From the IMG/VR virus record IMGVR_UViG_2049941000_000426: a stretch of DNA of 33,195 nucleotides, one strand, 5' to 3'. The position numbers and the translations under genes are program-made. This DNA comes from an uncultured virus (IMG/VR IMGVR_UViG_2049941000_000426). Its lineage: Duplodnaviria > Heunggongvirae > Uroviricota > Caudoviricetes. The first letter of the stretch is position 1. Each line of letters begins with the position of its first letter. The notes beneath the pieces were generated by a model. It saw only the letters and a program-made list of their open reading frames with translations. It did not search any database and was not told the origin of the DNA. Shown in pieces: positions 1 to 10,531 of this stretch.

Positions 1-61
1 AAAGCCGCCGGAGTGGTGCATGGGAAGGTGCGACGCCCACTGGTTCGAATANNNNNNNNNN

Positions 62-296
62 CGACAGGCTTGTCGCCTTGCAGGAATATTTCGACGCGTT
101 GGAAAATCGTGTCGTCGGATATATGGAACGTGCTGAGACAGCGGCTGTTAACGCCGAAGCATCGGAAGCGGCCGCCGCGAACAGCGCGACAGCAGCCGAC
201 AACAGTGCTACCGAATCGGAAAGTTATGCGCATGGGGGCACCGGTACTCGGCAGGGAGAAGATACAGATAACTCCAAATACTACATGGAAGAGGCC
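62..296 (+). CDS. Fragment of an Ala/Ser-rich phage tail-fibre-like protein (partial, between gaps)
   Basis: Open frame AETAAVNAEASEAAAANSATAADNSATESESYAHGGTGTRQGEDTDNSKYY; Ala-rich repeats as in tail fibre/virion proteins. Family recalled, not searched. Confidence 0.45.
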
Positions 297-350
297 NNNN
301 NNNNNNGCATTTCATGTTGTTTTTTTCCGTGTCCAAGCGACACCCGCCGC

Positions 351-378
351 TTGACAAGCGACCCGTCCCTCATATTCT
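351..378 (+). promoter_or_regulatory. Putative sigma70 promoter
   Basis: TTGACA (351-356), 16-nt spacer, TATTCT (373-378), upstream of the ORF at 429. Confidence 0.5.
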
Positions 379-428
379 ATAAGCCATGCTCATTTACAAT
401 AGCTTTTGACGAACGGAATAGATAGGAC

Positions 429-605
429 ATGGCTGACGACAAGAATGAAGAGAAGATGCGGCGGTGCATGAAGTGCGGGCGGGAGTTCCTTTCCTCGTGG
501 ATAGGGAACCGGATCTGTCCGAAATGCAAGTCGAGCCCCGTGTTCAGGGAACGGGGGCTCGACGTGATCTCCAACCAGTCCCTCAAGCACCGCCGCGAGG
601 ATTAG
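429..605 (+). CDS. Small zinc-ribbon protein (58 aa; not in ORF track)
   Basis: MADDKNEEKMRRCMKCGREFLSSWIGNRICPKCK...RED*; two CxxC pairs; convergent with the minus-strand operon. Confidence 0.7.
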   Translation: MADDKNEEKMRRCMKCGREFLSSWIGNRICPKCKSSPVFRERGLDVISNQSLKHRRED

Positions 606-1312
606 AAGGGGTTGACAACAGCGTCGTTGTCGTTGTCCTCTTCCTCGGGTGGCTCGAAGCCAATCTCGTTGTCCAGGACTTTCCCGAACAGCTTCGCGTC
701 CATTTCGAGGTTGCGCCCCATGATCGGAAGGCCGGAACGGTCATCCCATTCCAGCCTGTAGACTTTCATGGCGTCCTGTCGCTTCATCTTCCGAAGCGGG
801 ACGCCCGTGTTCAGCCAGTCAACAAGGCCTCTTGACGTGTTGACCGTGTTCGGTAGAAGCGCATGAAGGCTTCTCGACAAGGCCCGGGGTATTTCGATGA
901 TCTGGCAGTTCCTGTCCAAAGCCATAAGGGACTTCTTCAGGATGTTGCTCGCATACGCCACCAGCGGGTTGGTTATCAGATTGTCGAACAAGAAGTTCTC
1001 CTCGATCTTCGTGACGATGTTCGCCTCGTACAGGTCCTTCGTCATGCCCGTGTAGGCCGCCGTGGACTCCCAGTCCCTTCCGGGGAAGGTGATGATCCGG
1101 ACATTGTCATCCGCCACTGTCCGCCATGCGAACCCGATGACATGCTCGGGCTGTTCGACGACAAGGGCCGTCGTCAGCGGCATGACCACCCCGAACCCGT
1201 CCGGGTCTCCGCCATAGTTGAACGAACCACCTGCGAAGCTATGGAAGGCGTCCCGGATGCTCATGACGGGTGGGCCCGCCGTGATGATGTGTTTGACAGG
1301 ATTGTTTTCCAT
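602..1312 (-). CDS. Hypothetical protein
   Basis: Long ORF; start MENNPVK with GGAGG RBS, TGATG-coupled to the upstream ORF; acidic C-terminus. Confidence 0.7.
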   Translation of the reverse strand: MENNPVKHIITAGPPVMSIRDAFHSFAGGSFNYGGDPDGFGVVMPLTTALVVEQPEHVIGFAWRTVADDNVRIITFPGRDWESTAAYTGMTKDLYEANIVTKIEENFLFDNLITNPLVAYASNILKKSLMALDRNCQIIEIPRALSRSLHALLPNTVNTSRGLVDWLNTGVPLRKMKRQDAMKVYRLEWDDRSGLPIMGRNLEMDAKLFGKVLDNEIGFEPPEEEDNDNDAVVNPF

Positions 1313-1461
1313 CAGCCCTCCTTGTACGCCACCGGGCGCTTCGGGCACTTCTGCTCATGCTTCACCATGTCGGCCTTGTACTTGGACGACTTGCCGCATC
1401 CCCATGGGCATTTGTACTGTTTTTCAGCTTCCTTTTTCTGTTCCTTCTTTTCCGTTGCCAT
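1312..1461 (-). CDS. Small C2HC zinc-finger protein (49 aa; not in ORF track)
   Basis: MATEKKEQKKEAEKQYKCPWGCGKSSKYKADMVKHEQKCPKRPVAYKEG*; CxxxC...HxxxC. Confidence 0.65.
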   Translation of the reverse strand: MATEKKEQKKEAEKQYKCPWGCGKSSKYKADMVKHEQKCPKRPVAYKEG

Positions 1462-2162
1462 TGTCTATATCCTCTTCCTTTTCGTACATCCCCGGAACGA
1501 ACTCCCCGAAACCGGGGGCGTTGTCCGTTATATGTTTTTTCACTTGGTCCGCAAGGGGCGAGTCCAACTTGGACAGGATGGCGTCCTTTATCANNNNNNN
1601 NNNCGAGGTTCGCCAGGAACAGCTTTCCGCCCCTTGTGGAGGCCAGCTTGTCCCAGACACGTCTTGCGATCACGTAGGACTCGACGTCCTCCGTGTAGAT
1701 GGCTGTCCGATAGTCCTTCAAGGTGTCTATCGTATGCCGAAGTTCCTTCACAAGAGCCTCGTCGTCCAGATCCGACATCTGAATTTCCGTCAANNNNNNN
1801 NNNGGCTTCTCAACGGAGCGTCGTGACGCGTCGATATACATCGTCATGACATTCATCGCGAGATTTCCCAGGAACAGCCGTCCGCCCCTTGTGGAGGCCA
1901 GCTTGTCCCAGACACGTCTCGCGATGACGTAGGACTCGACGTCCTCCGTGTAGATGGCCGTCCGATAATCCTTCAAGGTGTCTATCGTATGCCGGAGCTC
2001 CTTCACAAGAGCCTCGTCGTCCAGATCCGACATCTGAATTTCCGTCAATCGGAAGGCCGCCTTGCATGCCCCGAGGAACCACACGATGAGATCCCTTTCC
2101 GGGGAAAGCATTGGCTGGCCCTGTTTCAGCCTTACTTCGAAACGATGGTCTCCTTTGCTCAT
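1424..2162 (-). CDS. Hypothetical protein (gapped, internal allelic duplicate)
   Basis: Start MSKGDHRFEV; 1604-1792 duplicates ~1860-2048; C-terminal piece ends at 1424. Confidence 0.55.
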
Positions 2163-2902
2163 TTCGTCACTTCCTTTCTAATGGAGTAAGGGGAGTTCGG
2201 GCATTCCGAGCGATCCCTGCGGCACCGTTCGCACGGCCCCTTCGGGCAACCTTCCCGCTCCTTCCTTATCTCCGAGTTCCATTTTCTTCCGGATCCCCAC
2301 TTGACGTCGATCCGCTTGAAATCCTCCCCCTCCATGAAGACACGCAGTCTCATCAGGGAAAGGTCGACGGGGGCGACGGTCTTCGACCATTTCGCCCCCG
2401 ATACGTCGCGGACAATCCCGCATAGATACGCGTCCGTCGCCTTCAGCATGACATCCCTTCCAGCGAGAGGCCCCCACAGATGGAGGCCCCACACGCTCCA
2501 GAGATGACGGCCACTTCTCGTGTATCCGGACGACAGGACGTCCGTCACCTGGATGACCGCCCAGTGGGGCTTGTTCGATTCCTCCGAGGCGACCTTCGAC
2601 AAGTCCCCGCATTCCGCGATGACCTGACGGTTTGACAGAACCATCAGGGCCACCCGGAACAGGACCTTGCCGTCGACGCCCCCTTCCAGCACGGGGACGA
2701 GGGCCTTCGCCAAGGGCCCCGTGGCCGATGCGGGGAAGTTCTCGATCCTGACGATCGCCGAGGCGAGATGGATGGACACGACGGGTGTGGCCCCTTCCGT
2801 GCACTCGCACTCGAGCTTCCTCGCAAGGAGGATGGCCTGCTTTATCAAGGCGGTGATTTCCGTCTTCGGCGGGTCCGGTATTTGTCCGTTACTTCGGTAC
2901 AT
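2159..2902 (-). CDS. Hypothetical protein with C-terminal Cys cluster
   Basis: ORF ending CPKGPCERCRRDRSEC; start uncertain (2902 or 2929). Confidence 0.6.
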   Translation of the reverse strand: MYRSNGQIPDPPKTEITALIKQAILLARKLECECTEGATPVVSIHLASAIVRIENFPASATGPLAKALVPVLEGGVDGKVLFRVALMVLSNRQVIAECGDLSKVASEESNKPHWAVIQVTDVLSSGYTRSGRHLWSVWGLHLWGPLAGRDVMLKATDAYLCGIVRDVSGAKWSKTVAPVDLSLMRLRVFMEGEDFKRIDVKWGSGRKWNSEIRKEREGCPKGPCERCRRDRSECPNSPYSIRKEVTK

Positions 2903-3774
2903 TGATGTCCGCCGGTTTGGTTGTGTCACCGGGCAGCGCCTTCTGGAGCTTGAACCCGTTGTTCAGCATGTCGCCGATCTGCTTGCGCAGACTGGACAGG
3001 ATTCCGACAACGGATTCCTTCTTTTCGTCCGACAGGGACGCGTAGAGGTCACCCTTCATGACGTTGGTCAAGGACTTCATGGCGCCTTCGGTATCGTCGA
3101 TCTTCCATGACAGGTTGTCGACGTCGGTTCGAAGGTTCGCGAGGAACTTGTCGGCCGGGTCGACGGGGGCTTTCTCGTCGTCCTCGTCATCCTCGTATTC
3201 CTCGTCCTCCGAGTCCTCGTCCTTTCCCGGTCGCCAGCCTTCCTTGCACTTGTCGATGTAGGCACGCATCCCGGCCGGGTCCTCCGGCATGACGACGCCG
3301 TCGTTGGCGTTGTTGACGACCGTCCGGAACGTCTCGTCGTCCATCCGAACCTGACTCATCGCGTCCTCGATGAGCTCCCGGTTCTCGGGCGACACCTTCA
3401 CCAGAAGGTTGACGCGGCGAAGCGGAATGTCCTCGTCGCGCATCCGCTGGATGTCCGGAAGGGTGAATGTCATGTAGAGCTTGATGGCCTGGTAGACTGT
3501 CGACGGGCTCCGTCCGAGATCCCTCGCGAAGCTGTCGATGTCGTGGTNNNNNNNNNNCGTAGCCCGATTTCTCCTTGATGATGTAGGCCTGGCGGCCGAT
3601 CGCCCAGTTGACCTCGAGCAGCTTGTGCTCGACGTCGGCCGACTGCGCGTTCAGGTCGTCGACCGCCTCGTCGTAGCTGTCGTAGTTCCTGGCGCCTTCG
3701 TCGACGCCGAACTCCCGTGGTACCATCTGTCCGTCCTTGTTTATCACAAGGATTTCTTCTTCTTTTTCCGCCAT
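2889..3774 (-). CDS. Putative HTH DNA-binding protein (DUF1016/YhcG-N-like N-terminus); gap at 3548-3557
   Basis: LLEVNWAIGRQAYIIKEKSGY...DIDSFARDLGRSPSTVYQAIKLY resembles an HTH; followed by an acidic linker and helical C-terminus. Confidence 0.5.
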
Positions 3775-4301
3775 TATAAAACTCCTGCTTTTCTTGTTGC
3801 TATGAACTGTTTAAGACTTTCCGCGAAGATGTCGCGGTCCGTATGGGTGTTCGCGTAGATGATGATGTAGGACCTTCCACCAAGTGTCCCCAGCGGATGT
3901 CCGAGCGTATGGATGATCCAGTCGCCGTGGTTGTACAGGGGGAAGACGATTCCGCCCCCGTCGGAGAACGGATCATGAAGATCGAATTCGCAAAGGGCTT
4001 TGAACGCGGGGTTGTCCAAAGGCTTGTCGAGGAGCTGTCCGAGTGTGACCTCCGCCTTCCGGGCGACGATCCACTCAAGCTCCCCGACGCCTTCCACCGC
4101 TTCCCGGAAGGCCTTCTCAGGATCCTTTTCGTCATCGCTGAAAGCGTTCAGCAGACTCCGGTCAAGGCCGTAGGCGTCTATCAGGGATTTGTAGACGCCC
4201 CGTTTCCATGTGAAGACCTCGCGGGTGCGGCGCCCCTTTCCAAGCTGATTCAGGAAGATGTCGTTGGCATCCCCCGGCGTGAAAGGGGTCCGTGGACTCA
4301 T
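3774..4301 (-). CDS. Hypothetical protein
   Basis: Start MSPRTPFTPG, ATGA-overlapping the recA-like stop. Confidence 0.65.
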   Translation of the reverse strand: MSPRTPFTPGDANDIFLNQLGKGRRTREVFTWKRGVYKSLIDAYGLDRSLLNAFSDDEKDPEKAFREAVEGVGELEWIVARKAEVTLGQLLDKPLDNPAFKALCEFDLHDPFSDGGGIVFPLYNHGDWIIHTLGHPLGTLGGRSYIIIYANTHTDRDIFAESLKQFIATRKAGVL

Positions 4302-5622
4302 TGACCGCCTCCTTCGAGGGAGGCGGCCTCTTCCGCGGTCACGTTCAGGTCTGGGTCGGCCAGGTCGATTTCGGCCTTTATCGTGTCGATGATCGGCTTG
4401 CCGTCCCAGACCTTCCATGTCTTGATCCCCATAAGNNNNNNNNNNNNNNNNNNNNNNNNTTCCATGTCTTGATCCCCATAAGCGGTCTCAGCTGGGCCAC
4501 GATTTCGGGGTCGTTCTCGATGGCCTCCCCGACTTCCGCCGGAGAGGCGTCGACAAGCCCAAGCTCCTTGCAGCTGACCTTCGCCTCGGAGGGACGCTCC
4601 AGGGTGATGACCTGCTTCAGGACGGACTTCGGTATTCTCGGTTCGATCTTGCCCGGCGGGACAAGGAAGTTCGTCAAGGTGGAGTGCCAGTCGAACCATG
4701 TCGTCTGGTAGTCCTTCCCTGTCTCCTCGTCCACGTCGATCTTCCAGCACATCGGAAGACCGATGACATGGCCGCCTTCACCGAATGAGTTCTTCACGAC
4801 TTCGATCTTGATGGTCTGCGTCGTGATGCCCCCTGCTATCTGCTTGGGCTGAGTCGACTTCTCGAAGAACAGCCGGAGACCGCAGAAGAAGCCCGGGCGG
4901 TGTCCGCCTTGACTTGACCGCGGCCCCTTCACGGTGAATGGCCCTTTCTGCTCCGTTATACGTTCTTGCTCATGGTTAGTGAAAACGATAACCATGGGAA
5001 GGTCCCTCAAACGAACTGGGATCTGCGGGAAGAACTTGCTGTTCTTAAGGGCCTCGATCGGGAAGGAACGTCCTACAGCCTTGTCTTTGTCGGTTGTAGC
5101 CATGGCGTCCTCGGAAGGGGCGCCGCCAAGGGAGTCCAGCCCGACGAGGAAGGGCTTCAGAAGGTCGCCTTTGCTCTTCTTGTACTGTGTAAGGCTCATG
5201 TCGTAGGCGGTCCGGTAAAGCTTCATGGAATTCAGAAGCTCGCCCATCCACTCCTCCTGCGACATGGGGCCCTGCGTAAGGAGCACCCGTTTGGAATACT
5301 CCTGCAATATCGATGTCACCAATGTCCACGACATCTTCCCTTCGGTCTCGAGCATCTGGGCGTTCATGCCCTGCTCCGCGAAAATCCGCATGAGCCATTG
5401 CAGGAACGTCGATTTGCATGAACCCGGCATTCCCGCGAGCTCTATCAGCGAAGGCATCGGGATGACGTTCAGGCCGAACAGATACTCAGCCATCAGATGG
5501 GGCAGCTTGACGCCCCACTGGTACTGTTCGAACTGGTCGGCCATGAACGCGCCCGTCGCCCCTCTGCGGTTCTGGATGTTCTCCTTCATGCTGGAGAGGA
5601 AGTCGGCGGGCTGTGCTTTCAT
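4298..5622 (-). CDS. RecA/UvsX-like recombinase (gap 4436-4459)
   Basis: Walker A GMPGSCKS, catalytic ETE, Walker B LVGLDSL, VIVFTNH, and a VVKN motif. Confidence 0.8.
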
Positions 5623-6842
5623 CTACGGGGCCTCCTTGGCGTGAACGTCACGTTCGCCGGATGCGGCGGGTTCTGGTCAAAAGGGAGGTCGGGAACGTCA
5701 TCGTCCCCTTCGTTCGCCAAACCGGCTGGCGGGTTGTACGGCGGAGGGGCCGAGGGCTGCGGAGCTTGGTATGGCTGCGGCGGGTACGGCTGGGCGGCCT
5801 GCTGGACCGTCGGCTGGGCCTGCTGCAAGGGCGCTTGGTAGGGTTGCGGCTGCGGCGGATAGGCCGTGTAGGGCTGGGCATATCCCGTATACCCTGTCTG
5901 GACACGGTTCACGGCGGCCTCCTTCTCGCGTTCAGCGATCGTCCGGATGCTGTCCGTGATGCACTGCACATAGGTCGGGTGGTTCTCGAAGACCTTCACG
6001 ACCGACGTGGCGTCGAACGCCTTCACCAGACGCGCCCCGACTTCCGGCAGGGACGGGTTCCAGTCGATGACCTCGTCCCACGGCTTCCACACCGCCATGA
6101 TGTCGTCCATTGTCAGCGGGATCACCTGCTGGCCGAGGTCGGCGTGATACCATGTCTGGATATTGTTGTTATGGTTGTGCTGATAGGGCGTGAACACGAG
6201 AATGCGGCCATTCTGCGGATCCACGAAATCACCCATCGCGTTGTTCTGGCTGGACCACGGGGCATTCGGGTCGGCCGGTTTGGAAAGCTTCTCGCAAAGC
6301 TCGTTCGTCGCGCTGCGGCTGATCTGCAGGACGACAGGATAGCGCGGGCTGGGCCGCCCTTCCTTGTCCATCTGGATCTCGCCCTTCTGCTTGTAGAGAT
6401 ACCCCTGGACCATCATCACATTGGACGGTCGGGACATCACGTCCTTGCGGTTCGGGCCCATGCCGCACCATGACAGCCAGCTGTCGTCACAGCCCTTGGG
6501 GTCGTTCTTGACTGCGGTCTGGATCGTGTTGATGAACGTCTGGACAGGCCCCACGTTCTCGCCTTCCACCGTCGGGCAGACCATGCTGACCATGTTCGGC
6601 CCAAGGAATGTCACGACGTCGAAGAACGCGATCGCGTTCGTCATCTGCTGGTACTGGTCATCGCCGCGGTTGATGTCTATCAACGGCTCGACTTGCCCGT
6701 TCTCGTCAATCGCGGGAACGACCCGGATCTCTGTCGCCCCTTCCTTCCTGAGGGAATAGCGCCAGTGCTTGGCGCCCGGCTTCACGATGAAGTCGCTGTC
6801 GTTCTTCTGGCTCGTATTGCCAGATCCTCTGAAAAATGCCAT
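5619..6842 (-). CDS. Putative single-stranded DNA-binding protein
   Basis: N-terminal EIRVVP (gp32-like), Q/P-rich linker, acidic DDDVPDLPF motif near the C-terminus; directly upstream of the recombinase. Confidence 0.55.
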   Translation of the reverse strand: MAFFRGSGNTSQKNDSDFIVKPGAKHWRYSLRKEGATEIRVVPAIDENGQVEPLIDINRGDDQYQQMTNAIAFFDVVTFLGPNMVSMVCPTVEGENVGPVQTFINTIQTAVKNDPKGCDDSWLSWCGMGPNRKDVMSRPSNVMMVQGYLYKQKGEIQMDKEGRPSPRYPVVLQISRSATNELCEKLSKPADPNAPWSSQNNAMGDFVDPQNGRILVFTPYQHNHNNNIQTWYHADLGQQVIPLTMDDIMAVWKPWDEVIDWNPSLPEVGARLVKAFDATSVVKVFENHPTYVQCITDSIRTIAEREKEAAVNRVQTGYTGYAQPYTAYPPQPQPYQAPLQQAQPTVQQAAQPYPPQPYQAPQPSAPPPYNPPAGLANEGDDDVPDLPFDQNPPHPANVTFTPRRPRR

Positions 6843-6913
6843 TGTCGTTTCCTCTTTTGTTTCAGTGTTGTTCTCTTCGCCCTATTGGACCAGCCCGGTC
6901 CGGCGGGCGCATT

Positions 6914-6942
6914 ACTCTAGTCTTGTGACTTCAATTTTCCAA
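6914..6942 (-). promoter_or_regulatory. Putative promoter of ssb-recA; its -35 overlaps the 20-bp palindrome
   Basis: Minus strand TTGGAA-17 nt-TAGAGT. Confidence 0.4.
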
Positions 6943-6950
6943 CGCGTCGT

Positions 6951-6986
6951 AAAAATGAAAACGGGCGTTCCGACACCGGAACGCCC
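6951..6986 (-). terminator. Rho-independent terminator
   Basis: Perfect 10-bp stem GGGCGTTCCG/CGGAACGCCC (6963-6986), followed on the minus strand by GTTTTCATTTTT. Confidence 0.7.
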
Positions 6987-7002
6987 TACAAGGCATCTTT
7001 TC

Positions 7003-7230
7003 TCAACTCCCTGAATTCGTAGTGTTCATCCTGTTCTTTCGAAGCGCCGTCAGCGCCTCCTCCATTGTGTTCCACCCGCCGGAGGATCTTCCGTCGGGCT
7101 TTCCTTTCTTCATCCGGAACGCCCTCCACAGGCCGTCCTCATAGACGACGCGGGTTCCATTCCCGTTGTCGTCGAGATCGTCCAATACGGAGTGCGTCAT
7201 GCGGAACCGGTCAAGCGACTGTTCGTCCAT
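7003..7230 (-). CDS. Small hypothetical protein
   Basis: MDEQSLDRFRMTHS... with GGAGG upstream; overlaps the polA stop. Confidence 0.55.
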   Translation of the reverse strand: MDEQSLDRFRMTHSVLDDLDDNGNGTRVVYEDGLWRAFRMKKGKPDGRSSGGWNTMEEALTALRKNRMNTTNSGS

Positions 7231-10200
7231 TTCTCGCCGCCTCCGCCTTGTCATAGAGAATGTCCAGCTGGTCCATGAACCAGCGCTGCCGTTCGGATGG
7301 GAGGTCCTCCCATGGGGTCGGGACAAGGTTGCCCTTGTCGAGATGCTTGGGGACGATCTCCCACGGTAGGAGAGTATCTCCCGCGAAATACGGTTCGGCC
7401 GACTTCGCCCANNNNNNNNNNGTGGATGAAATTTTCGATACGATAGCCTGCTTTGAACATACTCCACATGGCCGCTTTACTACAGTCCGAGCTGATCCCC
7501 TGAAATTGGCTATTACATGCCTGTGTATATGTGCATCTTGCTCGTTTTCTACCAGTGAGAGTAACGGATTTATACCGGTACATCTCTTTGATATATTTCT
7601 CCTTTTCCGTATCTGTCGGAAGAACCGACGGGGCGGTCTCGTCCAGTTCCGGTCCAGGATTCTCAAGATACTCATACGTCTCAGGGAATGTGTCCTTCCA
7701 TAGTTTCACAAGTGGATAAGCCTCGTCTATTGTGATCGTCACACCATAGTTTTTCGCATATACTATAAATGTGCGGGCACCCAACCCGCCTGGTAAACCG
7801 AACAGTATCAACTACTTACGACTATTTCATCTACTCATTCCTGAGCAGGAGCGCTTCGAGATGTTCACTACAGGTGAACACCCCTACTCCCTTCCGGGAT
7901 AGTCTGTGAACCTTCCTCTGGCGGGCGGTCTGTCCATCCATAGGCTTGGCTGCAGATAGGCATTCGATGCCGTCCCTGCAATTCNNNNNNNNNNTCCATG
8001 AAGGGACCTCGGCCGATCCAAAGCTTTGGCGAGTTGGCGAAGTTTCTTGAACCCCTTGGGGTCCTCTGATTTGAATCCTTTGATGATCTTCCTGTATTGG
8101 TCAACGATCTCCGGGTTGGTGACATCGAATGTCGGGAGCCCTTGGAACAGTCCCTTGATGGTCGTCCCCATGAAGCCGTGGATATCGATGTCGTTGTTGA
8201 TTAGGTCTCTCATCAGGGAGTGACCGAATCTCGTATAGGTTATCTGGGCCAGGGATATAAGCTCCTGCTGATTGTAGTCACAGGAGCACATCACATAACC
8301 GGGGTCGGCGATGTAGATGTTCCTCAGCCTNNNNNNNNNNTGCTGCTTACCATCAGGTATTCGATATGCTTGGCTCTTGCCGTCGTGAATCTGTCGAATG
8401 GCAGCAAGGTGATGGTTTCATCATGGATCATATTTACCATTCGATATCCTGATTTGAATAGATTCCACATGGCCAACTTAGTACAATCGCTAGATAGGCC
8501 CTGGAATTGGCTATTGCATGCCTGCGTGTAAGTACAACAGGCACGCTTTCGTTGAGTAAGAGTCACACACTTATACCGGTGCATCTCTTTCTTTGTTTTG
8601 ATGTCCTCGGAGTCCGTCGGAAGAACAGGCGGTGCGCATTCATCCAGTTCCGGTCCGGGGTCTTCAAGGTATTCGTAGGTTTCCGGGAAGGTGTCCTTCC
8701 ACAGTCTGCAAAGCGGTGTTGCCTCGTCGACGGTGATCTCGACACCATAGTTAGTAGCGTAGATAACAAAGGTCTTTGCTCCAAGACCTCCTGGTAAACC
8801 GAAATCGAGGGCTTTCGCTAACTGACGTAATTTCTTGAACCCCTTGGGGTCCTCTGATTTGAACCCTTTGATGATCTTCCTGTATTGGTCGACAATCTCC
8901 GGGTTGGTGACATCGAATGTCGGGAGCCCCTGGAACAGTCCCTTGATGGTTGTTCCCATGAAGCCATGGATATCAATGTCGTTGTTGATAAGGTCTCTCA
9001 TCAGGGAGTGCCCGAATCGAGTATAGGTTATCTGGGCAAGCGCTATGAGTTCTTGCTGAGAATAATCACAGGAGCACATCACATATCCCGGATTTGATAT
9101 GTACACCTGTCTCAATCTATCATCGCGGGGCAGATTTTGGGTGTTTGGGCCACGGGATGACGTGCGGCCTGTGCTTTTGATCGGGGTATATCTACTATGA
9201 CATCTACCATCATGTCTAACTATCTTTTCGTCTAGATAAGTAGATATCATTTTCTCAGCATGCTTGTACGTCTTGAGTTCCTTCAGGAACTTCAGTCTTT
9301 CCAAGTCCACCTCCGGAATCTGTTCCAACGCCTTGTCATCAAGGGCGTACTTGCCTGTCTCGGTCCTGGGGAACGGCTGTGAGCAGTATTGCTCGGCCTC
9401 CCCCATCAGACGTTGCAGTTGCGTGGCCAGCCCTTCCTGCTTGTATCCGGCGGGCCAGCCTTCGTGCTCGTCCCACCACTCCTGCATTCCCGCGGCGGTG
9501 GATATTCCTTCCTCCGCGTTCATGGCGGCTTTCCAGAGCATGTTGATAAGGGCCTTCGCGGATGCGTTCGCCGGGATGTTGAACGGATGGTCCAGCTCCC
9601 ATACCGACTGGCACTTCTTGATGTACAGCTCGTCTGTCGGCCAGGGGGCGTCCAGGGGATACCCGAACTCCTTCCGGTTGACAGCCGCCAACGACATCCT
9701 CAGATCCTTGATGTTCGGCTTCTCGGGGAAGTTCGTGAAAAGGTTCTTCCGGACATAAGGGATGATCTCCTTTGTCTCGAGCTCCTTCTCGACGTTTATC
9801 CCGAGATCCTTCAGCTTCAGCTTCGCCTCGTCCTTTTCCTTGAGGAAGACATTTCTCAGGTCGGACATCCATTTCCGGTCAACGAGCATCCCGTTCCTCG
9901 AGATGTCGTCGAGGCACAGGAAGCCCTTGACCTGAATGTCCATTGTCGGTGGCATTCTGAAGTCGGGAGCCATCGCGACGGCCGCCAGCCAGGTGGCCAC
10001 AGCGTCGCCGCAGGCGTATTCGGCGTGCACGTCATCGAGGACCATCCCTCGCTCGAACGTGCACCGGATTGCGTTGTCCTTTTCCAAGTCCTGGTTCAGG
10101 ACGTCTTTGACAACACGGGCCAGCTTGGGGTATTCGTCGGCCTCGTCGGACAAGCCGACGGTGCCCATCTTGAACAACACCCACTGGAGACCCGTGTCGA

Positions 10201-10531
10201 TGACTCTTCCCCGGTCGATAATCGGGATCCATTTGTCCAGGCCAAGGACCCGCATGTCGAAGGGGGCGTTGTGGAACACGAAGCACGTGTCCTTCTTGAG
10301 GAGCTCGTCGAGATAGGCCGGAACGTCGTTCCATGTGACCAGATGGACGAAATTGCCACCGTCGTACACGGTCATGACGACAAGGTCCGGCACCTCTCTC
10401 GGCTTGTCCTCGTCGATCAGCAGGGTTTCGGTGTCGATGGCGGTCCAATGACCGGCAAGGACGCCCATGTCCCTTTCCCAGAGGATTCCGGTAAGGGACT
10501 CGCCCGCCTTGTTCACTTCAAAGGTTCTCAT
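7211..10531 (-). CDS. polA: Family A DNA polymerase (3'-5' exonuclease + polymerase); assembled with two alleles of the motif A-C region
   Basis: ExoI IDTET, ExoII FHNAPFD, ExoIII YACGD, STGRTSSRGPNTQN, motif A DYSQQEL, motif B RQLAKALDFGLPGG, motif C IHDE. Intron-less allele 8341-10531; second allele 7422-8330; probable C-terminus 7211-7411. Confidence 0.92.
7803..8015 (-). ncRNA. Group I self-splicing intron (subgroup IA-like) in polA motif B, between D and F codons
   Basis: 5' exon ends GGAU; P1 GGAUC/GGUCC has U.G at the splice site. P4 UGCAGG/UCUGCA; P5 GGCAU/AUGCC. R GGUUCACAGACUA (7900-7912) and S AUGAAAUAGUCG (7819-7830) form P7. P7.1, P7.2 and P8 hairpins present; terminal G at 7803; P10 GCCGAG/UUCGGU. 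Excision restores KALD-FGLPGG. Confidence 0.88.

Noticed and set aside
7422..8330. A second polA paralogue
   Set aside because: Partial, gap-bounded and near-identical between motifs A and B; treated as an alternative allele.
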